DNA from: Candidatus Pseudoramibacter fermentans
GTDB taxonomy: Bacteria; Bacillota; Clostridia; Eubacteriales; Eubacteriaceae
Assembly (NCBI GenBank): GCA_009493725.1
Contig: VOGB01000004.1
Location: 141,455 to 165,454, forward strand
Direction: 5' to 3'
Length of the DNA: 24,000 nt
The notes beneath the pieces are model-generated. The model was not told where the DNA came from, did not search any database, and worked only from the letters and a program-made list of their open reading frames with translations. Every line of letters begins with the position of its first letter. The stretch's first letter is position 1. Below are positions 9,481-16,860 of the stretch, piece after piece. The position numbers and the translations under genes were made by a program.

Positions 9481-10119
9481 TTAAAAAGCCAATTCCTTGA
9501 ATTTTTCGACAATGGGGTCGATCTGTTCCCGCTTGGTCTTCAAGCTGACGTGATTGACAATGAGTCTCGAGCTGATATCGAGGATGCTGCGCAGGACGAC
9601 CAGGCCGTTTTCCCGCAGCGTGTTGCCGCTTTCGACGATATCGACGATGCAGTCGCAGAGGCCGAGAATCGGGCCGAGCTCGACAGAGCCGTTGATCGTG
9701 ATCAAATCCACAGGCTGATCGATCTGCGTAAAATAATTTTTAGCGATGTGGGGATATTTGGTCCCGACGGTCAGCTTGCGGTTGTACTGAATCTGCGTAT
9801 CCTTAAAGCCGGCCACGCACATGCGGCACTGGCCGATTTTTAGGTTGAGCAGCTCGTAGACGTCAGCCGGGTGTTCCAGAAGGACGTCCCGGCCGACAAT
9901 ACCGATATCAGCGGCGCCCTTTTCGACGTAGGTGCCGACATCCGGCGATTTGACAAGGAAAAATTCGAGGGTATCTGTGGTGTCGGTGAAGATCAGCTTG
10001 CGGCTTTCCTTCGAATAATCGGGAAAAACGTAGCCGATTTCCTTCAGACGGCCAATGGTTTTATTGGCGACCCGCCCTTTGGCCAGCGCCATTTTAATTT
10101 TATTTTTCTGTAAAGACAT
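9481..10119 (-). CDS. hisG: ATP phosphoribosyltransferase, short (HisZ-dependent) form HisG
   Basis: 212 aa with LALAKGR at the N-terminus, DIGIVG and TGNTL-like (SGNTLRENGL) motifs. It lacks the C-terminal regulatory domain of long HisG, which fits the adjacent hisZ. Confidence 0.93.
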   Translation of the reverse strand: MSLQKNKIKMALAKGRVANKTIGRLKEIGYVFPDYSKESRKLIFTDTTDTLEFFLVKSPDVGTYVEKGAADIGIVGRDVLLEHPADVYELLNLKIGQCRMCVAGFKDTQIQYNRKLTVGTKYPHIAKNYFTQIDQPVDLITINGSVELGPILGLCDCIVDIVESGNTLRENGLVVLRSILDISSRLIVNHVSLKTKREQIDPIVEKFKELAF

Positions 10120-10128
10120 GATGTTCTC

Positions 10129-11394
10129 CTATTCCGATTCTGAAGCGACCGCGACGGATTCGATCGCAGTGACGGGATTCAGCGAGGACGCTTCCCATTT
10201 AAAGACGCCGTCTCTTTCAAAGACGTAGAAATCGGCATCCTGATAAAGTCTTTGAACCTGGAGCCGTTCAATCATCGCCGTCGGCAGAGAATTGATAACG
10301 AAGACCTCGGTCATGCAGCCTTGAGCACGCAGGCGGCTCGCAATATCAAAGACGCCTTTTTTTTCGCTTTCCCGGTACAGCAGCACGATGTGTTTGGGCG
10401 ATTCAACGTGGATCAAATCGTGTTCTTCGAGGTAATCCATCAGACTGAGGAGATTAACCGCGAAACCGCAGGCCGGCCGGTCGATGCCGAACTGCTGGCT
10501 CAGCTTGTTGTATCGGCCGCCGTCGATGATCGGCGCGCCCCAGTTTCCGGCGTAGACCTTGAAGATCAGGTCGGTGTAGTAATTCATTGAGCTGGTGAAG
10601 CCTAAATCGAAGGTGACGTATTGGTCGAGCCCGACAGATCTGAGGTGTTCAAACAGCGCACTCAGATTTTTGACGACATCCTGCATCTTTTGGTTGATGC
10701 AGAGCTTGGTCATGCGGGCAAAAACGTCGGTGGGATCGCCGTAGAGCATCGGCAGCTCGAGGATAATATCCGAAATCTTCGGGTCGTAATGCCGGCTCGA
10801 GAGGAATTCCTGAATGTCACCGATGTTTTTATTTTCAATGAGCTCGAATAATTCGGCGCGGTCCGTCTTGGAGATCGTCAGCTCGTCGAGCAGACAGTTG
10901 ATAAAGCCCACGTGTCCGAGGTCGATCTGAACGTCGTCCACGCCGTTGGCCTTCAGCGACTGAATGGCCAGCGAGATGACTTCGCCGTCGCATTCTGGGG
11001 AATTGTCGCCGAAAAACTCGACGCCCATCTGCGTGATTTCTTTGCGGACGTCGCCGGGACTCGAAAAGTGTCGGTAGATGTTGGTCTGATAAAAGAGCTT
11101 GATAATTTCGTTCGGGTCGTGGTGATTGATGGCAGCCATCCGCGCAACCGAAAGGGTTGCGTCCGGCTTCAGGGCCAGCACCCGCCCTTTCCGGCTGATA
11201 AATTTGAACAATTCGTTGGCCGAAATGGCGTCGTTGCCGATGAAGCTGTCGTAGGTTTCAAAGGTCGGTATAGCGACCTGATGGTATCCGTACCCGGTGT
11301 ACAGGTTGGTTAAATTGTGCTCGATCTGGGATAAAGCTTGAAATCCCTGATACTGAATGTTTTCAAAGCCTTCAATGGTATAGGTTGTTAGCAT
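10129..11394 (-). CDS. hisZ: ATP phosphoribosyltransferase regulatory subunit HisZ (HisRS paralogue)
   Basis: 421 aa with a class-II aaRS-like core. The HisRS motif-2 region is degenerate (IYRHFSSPGDVRKEITQMGVEFFG instead of FRYERPQ...). It lies directly upstream of a short hisG. The C-terminal ~100 aa (HIVLLYRESEKKGVFDIASRLRAQGCMTEVFV...) looks like a retained anticodon-binding-type domain. RBS AGGAGG. Confidence 0.85.
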   Translation of the reverse strand: MLTTYTIEGFENIQYQGFQALSQIEHNLTNLYTGYGYHQVAIPTFETYDSFIGNDAISANELFKFISRKGRVLALKPDATLSVARMAAINHHDPNEIIKLFYQTNIYRHFSSPGDVRKEITQMGVEFFGDNSPECDGEVISLAIQSLKANGVDDVQIDLGHVGFINCLLDELTISKTDRAELFELIENKNIGDIQEFLSSRHYDPKISDIILELPMLYGDPTDVFARMTKLCINQKMQDVVKNLSALFEHLRSVGLDQYVTFDLGFTSSMNYYTDLIFKVYAGNWGAPIIDGGRYNKLSQQFGIDRPACGFAVNLLSLMDYLEEHDLIHVESPKHIVLLYRESEKKGVFDIASRLRAQGCMTEVFVINSLPTAMIERLQVQRLYQDADFYVFERDGVFKWEASSLNPVTAIESVAVASESE

Positions 11395-11451
11395 TTTGCC
11401 TCCTGAAGCTGTATATCACTGTCGTACTGTAACGTAAAAAAGTATAGACAG

Positions 11452-11480
11452 ATCATAGCACTTTACTCAAATGAAGTCAA
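11452..11480 (-). promoter_or_regulatory. sigma-A promoter of the his operon
   Basis: On the minus strand: TTGACT (complement of 11475-11480), exactly 17 nt, then TATGAT (complement of 11452-11457). The predicted leader to the hisZ ATG is only about 50 nt. Confidence 0.6.
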
Positions 11481-11524
11481 CCGCAATTCGCTATAATCTG
11501 CGATAAAATTTATTTTATCATAAA

Positions 11525-11553
11525 TTGAGATTTAATCATTGAAAATTTATATT
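11525..11553 (+). promoter_or_regulatory. Putative sigma-A promoter for the HAD-cca-rsmA operon
   Basis: TTGAGA (11525-11530), 17 nt, then TATATT (11548-11553). It is followed by RBS AGAGGGGG and the GTG start at 11607. Confidence 0.4.
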
Positions 11554-11606
11554 CAATGGGGGACAATAAGCATGATCTTAAAACCAATTAGAAAGAGGGG
11601 GTACAG

Positions 11607-12320
11607 GTGTCATATCGCTGTGTTTGTTTTGATTTTGACGGCACGCTGGCGGATACAGAAGGCATGGTTTTTCGGATTTTCAACGAACTAGCGAAAAAAT
11701 ATCATTACGCGCCAATCGATACCAGTCGGCGCGACATGATCAAGGAAATGTCGGCCCAGGACATCCTGCGCCATATGAATCTGCCCTTTTATCAGGTCTT
11801 CCGTCTGATGGCTGAAGGCCGTAAACACATGCGCAACCAGCAGGAGGATATTGTCGCGATTCAGGAAAATTTGCCGGAGGCTTTTGCGGCGATCGCGAAG
11901 CTGACGGATTATTGCGGCATCCTGACGTCTAATTCTGAGGATACAGTCCGCAATTTTTTGTGGACGCATCAGCTGACGCCATATGTCGATTTCGTAGAGG
12001 GTGCGGCGCTTTTTTCAAAAAAGCGCAAACTTCTGAAGCTCTGCCGCAAGCTGCGCATTTCGCCCTCGCAGATGCTTTACGTCGGCGATGAAACCCGGGA
12101 TGTCCGAGCGTGCAGAGAAGCGGGTATCGATGTGGCGGCGGTGGACTGGGGCTACAATACCAAGCAGGCGCTCGCTAAATGCGGCCCGACCTACGAGGTG
12201 TCGGACATGGCGACCCTCGTTCAAATTGTGGCCTACCGCAACCGCAATCAGGAGGCGGGGCCGGAAAAGGCCCGCCGCTATATCAGACGGATGCGGAAAA
12301 AGCAGCATCGGACGAGCTGA
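11607..12320 (+). CDS. HAD-IA family hydrolase (phosphoglycolate phosphatase / PpaX-like), substrate unknown
   Basis: 237 aa with a GTG start. HAD motif I is CFDFDGTLADT, motif II is ILTSNS, and motif IV is VGDETRD. A cap-domain-length insert lies between motifs I and II. The protein ends in a ~30-aa basic tail (ARRYIRRMRKKQHRTS). Confidence 0.8.
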   Translation: MSYRCVCFDFDGTLADTEGMVFRIFNELAKKYHYAPIDTSRRDMIKEMSAQDILRHMNLPFYQVFRLMAEGRKHMRNQQEDIVAIQENLPEAFAAIAKLTDYCGILTSNSEDTVRNFLWTHQLTPYVDFVEGAALFSKKRKLLKLCRKLRISPSQMLYVGDETRDVRACREAGIDVAAVDWGYNTKQALAKCGPTYEVSDMATLVQIVAYRNRNQEAGPEKARRYIRRMRKKQHRTS

Positions 12321-12323
12321 CAG

Positions 12324-13583
12324 ATGCCGATGAATCACAACTTTTTGGAAAATTGGCCCTTCGACGTATTATTTGAGGCCTTTACACAACAGGGCGAGGA
12401 AGTTTACCTTGTGGGCGGGGCAGTCCGTGATCTGCTCCTCGGCAAACGTCCAGGTGACTGGGACTTCACCTCGAGCGCGGAGCCGGACAAGATCGCGGCT
12501 ATTTTGGCCGAGGCTTTCCCTGAACACACCTTAATTTTAAAGGGTAAGCGCTTTGGCACGATCGGTATCGACCTGTCTGATGCGGCAGAGGACGTGAGTT
12601 TTGAAATCACGGCCTTTAGAAAAGAGGAAAGCTATACTGATGGGCGGCATCCCGAGGAGGTCGCTTTTCAGGCGTCGATTTTCGAAGATGTGCGCCGTCG
12701 GGATTTCACGGTCAATGGGCTGTGGATGGACCGTCACGGCGCGATTTTTGACGCGGTTGGCGGCTTTTCAGATTTAAAAGAGAAAAAAATACGGTGTATC
12801 GGCCAGGCCGACGAGCGGTTTGACGAGGACCGGCTCAGAAAATGGCGGTGCGTGCGCTTTGCCGCTCAAATCGGCGGACAAATCGATGCGCACACCCGAG
12901 ATGCCATTATCGAAGCGCCGACGACAGATGGGGTGAGTGTGGAGCGCATTCAAATCGAATTTTCAAAAATGCTGACAGGCCCAGATGCCGCCTTTGCTGT
13001 GCGCGAGCTGAAAGCCACCGGGCTTTGGGATGATCTGCTCCGGCGGTCGGCGTCTGAAGATCTGCCCGAGCCTGTGACGGAAAAAATCAATGAGGTGCCG
13101 TCTGATCTTGCGATGCGCTTAGCCTGGCTGCTTCAGAATGGGTCGGCTGATCGGGTGCGCGCCTTCTTGAAAGGGCTGCGCTTCAGCAACCAGATCGTCA
13201 GGGAAGTGACAGTACTGTTGAATTTTTCTACACTCGACTGCAGAGATATTGTCAAGTTCAAGACGGCCTTGCGCCAGATGGGAGCGCCGCTTTTTGAAAA
13301 AGCATTGGCGCTGCAGAAGGTAAAAAGCGATAATGCGCAGAACCGTGTGGTATTTATAAAAATTGTGAACGACCACGAACCGATTGTGCCGTCCGATTTG
13401 GCGATTGGCGGCAGGGACCTCAAGTCCCTCGGCTTTCACGGCAGGCAGATCGGCGATGTGCTGGCGCGCCTGCTGCGATGGGTTTATCAGTCGCCTAAGC
13501 AGAATCAGCGCGAGGCGCTGCTCGAGCGTGCTAAAGCTTGGCGCGATCAGGAAAACAAAAACGAAGGGAAACAATCAGAATGA
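12324..13583 (+). CDS. cca: Class-II tRNA nucleotidyltransferase / poly(A) polymerase family (probable CCA-adding enzyme)
   Basis: 419 aa with LVGGAVRDLLLG...DWDF, RRDFTVNG and ERFDEDRLRKWRCVRFAAQ motifs. It starts 3 nt after the HAD stop. CCA-adding versus CC- or A-adding specificity cannot be decided from the sequence alone. Confidence 0.8.
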   Translation: MPMNHNFLENWPFDVLFEAFTQQGEEVYLVGGAVRDLLLGKRPGDWDFTSSAEPDKIAAILAEAFPEHTLILKGKRFGTIGIDLSDAAEDVSFEITAFRKEESYTDGRHPEEVAFQASIFEDVRRRDFTVNGLWMDRHGAIFDAVGGFSDLKEKKIRCIGQADERFDEDRLRKWRCVRFAAQIGGQIDAHTRDAIIEAPTTDGVSVERIQIEFSKMLTGPDAAFAVRELKATGLWDDLLRRSASEDLPEPVTEKINEVPSDLAMRLAWLLQNGSADRVRAFLKGLRFSNQIVREVTVLLNFSTLDCRDIVKFKTALRQMGAPLFEKALALQKVKSDNAQNRVVFIKIVNDHEPIVPSDLAIGGRDLKSLGFHGRQIGDVLARLLRWVYQSPKQNQREALLERAKAWRDQENKNEGKQSE

Positions 13584-14470
13584 ATTTAACCTCACCGTCG
13601 GTGATTTCTGAGCTGATGGCGGCCCATCAGCTTCATTTCAACAAGCAATTCGGTCAGAATTTTCTCATCGATCAAAACATTCTCGAAAAAATTGTCGATG
13701 CCGGACAAATCACAGAAGCGGATACGGTGCTTGAAATTGGACCGGGTATTGGCTCGATGACTCAGGAAATGGCGGCGCGCGCGCATCAAGTCGTGACCGT
13801 CGAAATCGACAAAAAATTGATTCCGGTTCTCGAAGAAACCCTTAGCGAATTTGACAACATTGCGCTTGTCAATCAGGATTTTCTGAAAACGGACGTGCTC
13901 GATTTGATTCAGGCGCCGACACCGCTGAAGGTCGTCGCGAATCTGCCTTACTACATCACGACGCCGATTATCATGAAACTATTGGAAACACCCTGGCCGG
14001 ACGGCATTGACTTGTCGCGGATGACCTTTCTGGTTCAAAAGGAAGTGGGCGAGCGCATCTGTGCCGAGCCTGGCAGCAAAAGCTATGGCGCCCTCAGTGT
14101 GATCGTGCAGTATTACGCCGACCCGAACGTGATGTTTACTGTGCCGGCGTCGGTCTTTATGCCAAAGCCAAAAGTCGACTCCATCGTGATCAGTCTTCAG
14201 AAAAGAACGCAGATGGCCTTTGAACCCTGTGATAAAAATCAGTTTTTTAAGGTGGTGAAGGCCGCTTTTCAGACGAGACGCAAGACGCTGATCAACAGCC
14301 TTTCAAACAACACGGCTTATCCGAAAGACGTGCTGCTCGACGCGCTGAATGAGGCCAGGATTGACCCGAAAAAACGGGCGGAACAGATCGACGGGGAAGA
14401 TTTTTGCAGGCTTTCGAATATTCTGTATCAAAAGGGCGCCAATAATGACATTGAATCTCGTCAAAAATGA
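13580..14470 (+). CDS. rsmA: 16S rRNA (adenine1518/1519-N6)-dimethyltransferase RsmA/KsgA
   Basis: KQFGQNFL, EIGPGIGSMT and NLPYYITTPI motifs. I chose the ATG at 13580 (MNLTSPSV...), which overlaps the cca stop as ATGA and has GAAGGGA about 10 nt upstream. The ORF-track start at 13538 lies inside cca. Confidence 0.92.
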   Translation: MNLTSPSVISELMAAHQLHFNKQFGQNFLIDQNILEKIVDAGQITEADTVLEIGPGIGSMTQEMAARAHQVVTVEIDKKLIPVLEETLSEFDNIALVNQDFLKTDVLDLIQAPTPLKVVANLPYYITTPIIMKLLETPWPDGIDLSRMTFLVQKEVGERICAEPGSKSYGALSVIVQYYADPNVMFTVPASVFMPKPKVDSIVISLQKRTQMAFEPCDKNQFFKVVKAAFQTRRKTLINSLSNNTAYPKDVLLDALNEARIDPKKRAEQIDGEDFCRLSNILYQKGANNDIESRQK

Positions 14471-14479
14471 TGATAAAAT
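14451..14479 (+). promoter_or_regulatory. Putative internal sigma-A promoter (extended -10) for the EutL-like gene
   Basis: TTGAAT (14451-14456), 17 nt, then TGaTAAAAT (14471-14479). It spans the rsmA stop codon (14468-14470) and lies about 40 nt upstream of the ATG at 14518. Confidence 0.45.
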
Positions 14480-14517
14480 GAAACGTAACATCATAATTTA
14501 GAATAGGAGAGAAGCTG

Positions 14518-15162
14518 ATGATCGGAGATCTATTACGAGGCAAATTCGTATCTAACCGTCTGTTGACGGATGTAGAAGACTGCATGCTCGAACAATACGA
14601 ACTGCCGGAAGGCCATATCGATATCGGTTTGTTCACAACGGCGTGTGACGGCGTGGGGTATGTCGCGGCAGACGACGCGACGAAAAAGGCGAACGTGGAA
14701 GTGCCGAAGATTTACACCACCTACGGCGGCTGCGGCAAATTCAACGACGGGCAGGTTTTCGGAGTCATTTCCGGGCCGAAGGTGTCGGACGTCGAACGGG
14801 GTCTGCGCTACGTGCGGGCCTTTACCGAACAGCAGTCGACGCTTTACAGCATTTCGGACGATGATTCGACGCTGATTTACGCGCAGTGCGTTCCGAGAAT
14901 CGGCCGTTATTTTTCAAAGGCCTACAATCTGCCGGAAGGGTCGTCCATCGCGTATTTAATCGCGCCGGCGATGCAGGGGGCGATCGGCATCGATGAAGCG
15001 CTGACGCAGGCAAATGTCGACGTCGTGCGTTTCTGGAGCAGTCCGACCGAATCGAATATGAGCGGCGCCATTTTAACTGGCCGCGAAGCGCAGTGCGACA
15101 TCGCGGTCAAGGCGTTCCGGGATGTCATTATCGAAGCGGTGCAGGATCCGATTGAATATTAA
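14518..15162 (+). CDS. eutL: EutL-family tandem-BMC-domain (BMC-T) microcompartment shell protein homologue
   Basis: 214 aa. By my recollection of E. coli EutL (219 aa) it aligns end to end: [13 protein letters not shown] / [40 protein letters not shown] / [52 protein letters not shown]...[25 protein letters not shown] / [24 protein letters not shown]...[25 protein letters not shown]. RBS GGAG lies 8 nt upstream. Confidence 0.85.
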   Translation: [214 protein letters not shown]

Positions 15163-15197
15163 TTAATTAATCATCCAAATATATTTTAATAATTTAA

Positions 15198-15233
15198 AAG
15201 GGACAGTCCATATCAATTGGACTGTCCCTTTTG
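15198..15233. terminator. Bidirectional Rho-independent terminator
   Basis: Perfect 13-bp stem AAGGGACAGTCCA (15198-15210) / TGGACTGTCCCTT (15218-15230) with a 7-nt loop. An A run lies upstream and T-rich sequence downstream. It sits between the convergent eutL-like and LCP genes. Confidence 0.8.
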
Positions 15234-15250
15234 CGTGTGAATGATTTTAT

Positions 15251-16537
15251 TTAGTTAGTAGTAGTTTCAGTTGTAGTCGAGCTTTCAGATGATTTTGGGG
15301 TAGTTGTCGTAGGAGTATCTACGTTAGATTCTGTAGAAGGGGTTGTTGTTTTCGGTGCACTTGTCGATGGCGATGTCGTCGTGCTTTTTGTACTGTAATT
15401 GCTCGAATACGAACGAGTCGATCGACGGCTTGTCGATGATGATGACGAGCCAGACGAATAAGTTGAGGTCGATGAAGAGCCCGTAGAGGAATCAGCACTT
15501 GTGGTGCCGGTCAGCGTACCGACGCCAGTTCTTCGGACAATGCCGTCGCTGATTTCATTGACGGTGTCGGATGGCGTGTAGGATTTTTCAGTTCCGTAAA
15601 TGGCCTGATGCAGCTGGATGACGTTGTCAACCAGGGTTTTTGGCGCAATAGACGAGCCTTCGTAGGTGACAAAAGCGTAATAATTGTCGAATGGGACGTG
15701 CTGATTGGTCAGCTTTTTGCTATCTAACTGCATGTACCCCCTGAGCATGGTCGAAAGCTCGGTTGTGGACATGGATGTTCTGATATTGGGGTAAATTTTT
15801 GTGACCAGATTGGCCAGCTTCAAGCTGCTGAGCTTTGTCAGCTTATTGAAGACCTTATTAAAAACCTCCCGCTGTCGTTCCGTCCGTCCAAAGTCGTTGT
15901 CGCTGTAACGGTTGCGGCTGTAAGCCAGAGCCTGAATTCCGTTTAAGTGATTCTTTCCAGTGTGAGTCAATGTCTTGGCTTGGGTGTTATTCAGCCGGTT
16001 ATAATCGTTGATGTATTTATTGGTGTATTTTAATATACTGTCATCTTTGATGTTGATAGTGACGCCGCCAACGGTGTTTACGGCATCGATCATGCATTGA
16101 AAGCTGATGGTGACGTAATCGGTGATGTTCAAGTCGTAGTTTTCATTTATGGTCTTGACCGCCAGCTCTGGCCCGCCGTAGCTGTACGCCGCGTTGATTT
16201 TCGTGTAAGAATCCTTTTTGATGGTGCTGTTTGCTGGAATGCGGGCGATGGTATCGCGTTGAATCGAAGTTAAGACCGTTTTCCCTGTTTTGAAATTAAT
16301 GGAGATGATCATAATGGTGTCGGAACGGTTTCCCTCGACATCGGGCCGGCCGTCCACGCCGAAAAGCGCGAGATTGATGACATCGTGATTTAAATACTTA
16401 TTAACGCTGACGGCGCTGTCGTCGATGGACGCCCCTGAAATACTGCTTCGGATATTGAATAAGTAAACGGCGCCGCTTCCGACGACGAGTAAAATTGCTG
16501 AAAGGACAACAGCTAGAATTTTCTTGCCAACAGACAT
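15251..16537 (-). CDS. LytR-CpsA-Psr (LCP) family cell-envelope glycopolymer transferase with Ser/Thr-rich C-terminal tail
   Basis: 428 aa. It has an N-terminal TM anchor (ILAVVLSAILLVVGSGAVYLF), an LCP core (LALFGVDGR...RSDTIMIISIN...TSIQRD) and an 86-aa S/T-rich tail. RBS AAGGAG. Confidence 0.85.
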   Translation of the reverse strand: MSVGKKILAVVLSAILLVVGSGAVYLFNIRSSISGASIDDSAVSVNKYLNHDVINLALFGVDGRPDVEGNRSDTIMIISINFKTGKTVLTSIQRDTIARIPANSTIKKDSYTKINAAYSYGGPELAVKTINENYDLNITDYVTISFQCMIDAVNTVGGVTINIKDDSILKYTNKYINDYNRLNNTQAKTLTHTGKNHLNGIQALAYSRNRYSDNDFGRTERQREVFNKVFNKLTKLSSLKLANLVTKIYPNIRTSMSTTELSTMLRGYMQLDSKKLTNQHVPFDNYYAFVTYEGSSIAPKTLVDNVIQLHQAIYGTEKSYTPSDTVNEISDGIVRRTGVGTLTGTTSADSSTGSSSTSTYSSGSSSSSTSRRSTRSYSSNYSTKSTTTSPSTSAPKTTTPSTESNVDTPTTTTPKSSESSTTTETTTN

Positions 16538-16603
16538 AAAACTCCTTCCCAGATTAATAAAGTTTAAAAATCGTTCATTGTTCTCGAAATAAAATATTGT
16601 CTT

Positions 16604-16632
16604 ATTATATCATAATTTTTCTGAATTTTGAA
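16604..16632 (-). promoter_or_regulatory. Putative sigma-A promoter for the LCP gene
   Basis: On the minus strand: TTCAAA (complement of 16627-16632), 17 nt, then extended -10 TGaTATAAT (complement of 16604-16612). Confidence 0.45.
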
Positions 16633-16718
16633 AAGTTCTGTGAATTCGCCGCATTTTTAACAAAAATTTAGTTTTTCATTAATAAAAATTTAAAGCTTTA
16701 AAAAGAGCAGGATAATGC

Positions 16719-16747
16719 GTGCAATGCTATCGTAAATATGCTATAAT
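16719..16747 (+). promoter_or_regulatory. Putative promoter for hpf (extended -10)
   Basis: TGcTATAAT at 16739-16747, with a weak -35 GTGCAA at 16719-24. hpf genes in Bacillota often also use alternative sigma factors, which I cannot assess here. Confidence 0.4.
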
Positions 16748-16860
16748 GAAAGCGTAATCAATCAATGACTGAAGTGACAAGTCGATACAGCCAATTGATT
16801 GAGATTTTCAAAGACGGCATCGTTTTTGAAAAACAACACGAAGGACTGGAGGACATAAAA

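Noticed and set aside
11395-11606. Possible T-box riboswitch or His-codon attenuator upstream of hisZ.
   Set aside because: I see no T-box consensus (AGGGUGGNACCGCG-like), no specifier-loop architecture, no leader peptide and no terminator hairpin. The best promoter leaves only about 50 nt of leader.
14477-14500. Seven-codon mini-ORF (MKRNIII) between rsmA and the EutL-like gene.
   Set aside because: It is too short, has no RBS, and lies in the probable untranslated leader downstream of the putative promoter.
16765-16860. N-terminally extended ORF-track starts for hpf (16765), rsmA (13538), hisD (9512), hisC (8209), secA (19616) and the DUF5317-like gene (17589).
   Set aside because: In every case an internal ATG preceded by a good Shine-Dalgarno sequence at 5-10 nt gives an N-terminus that matches the family. 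The longer forms lack an RBS and/or overlap the upstream gene.
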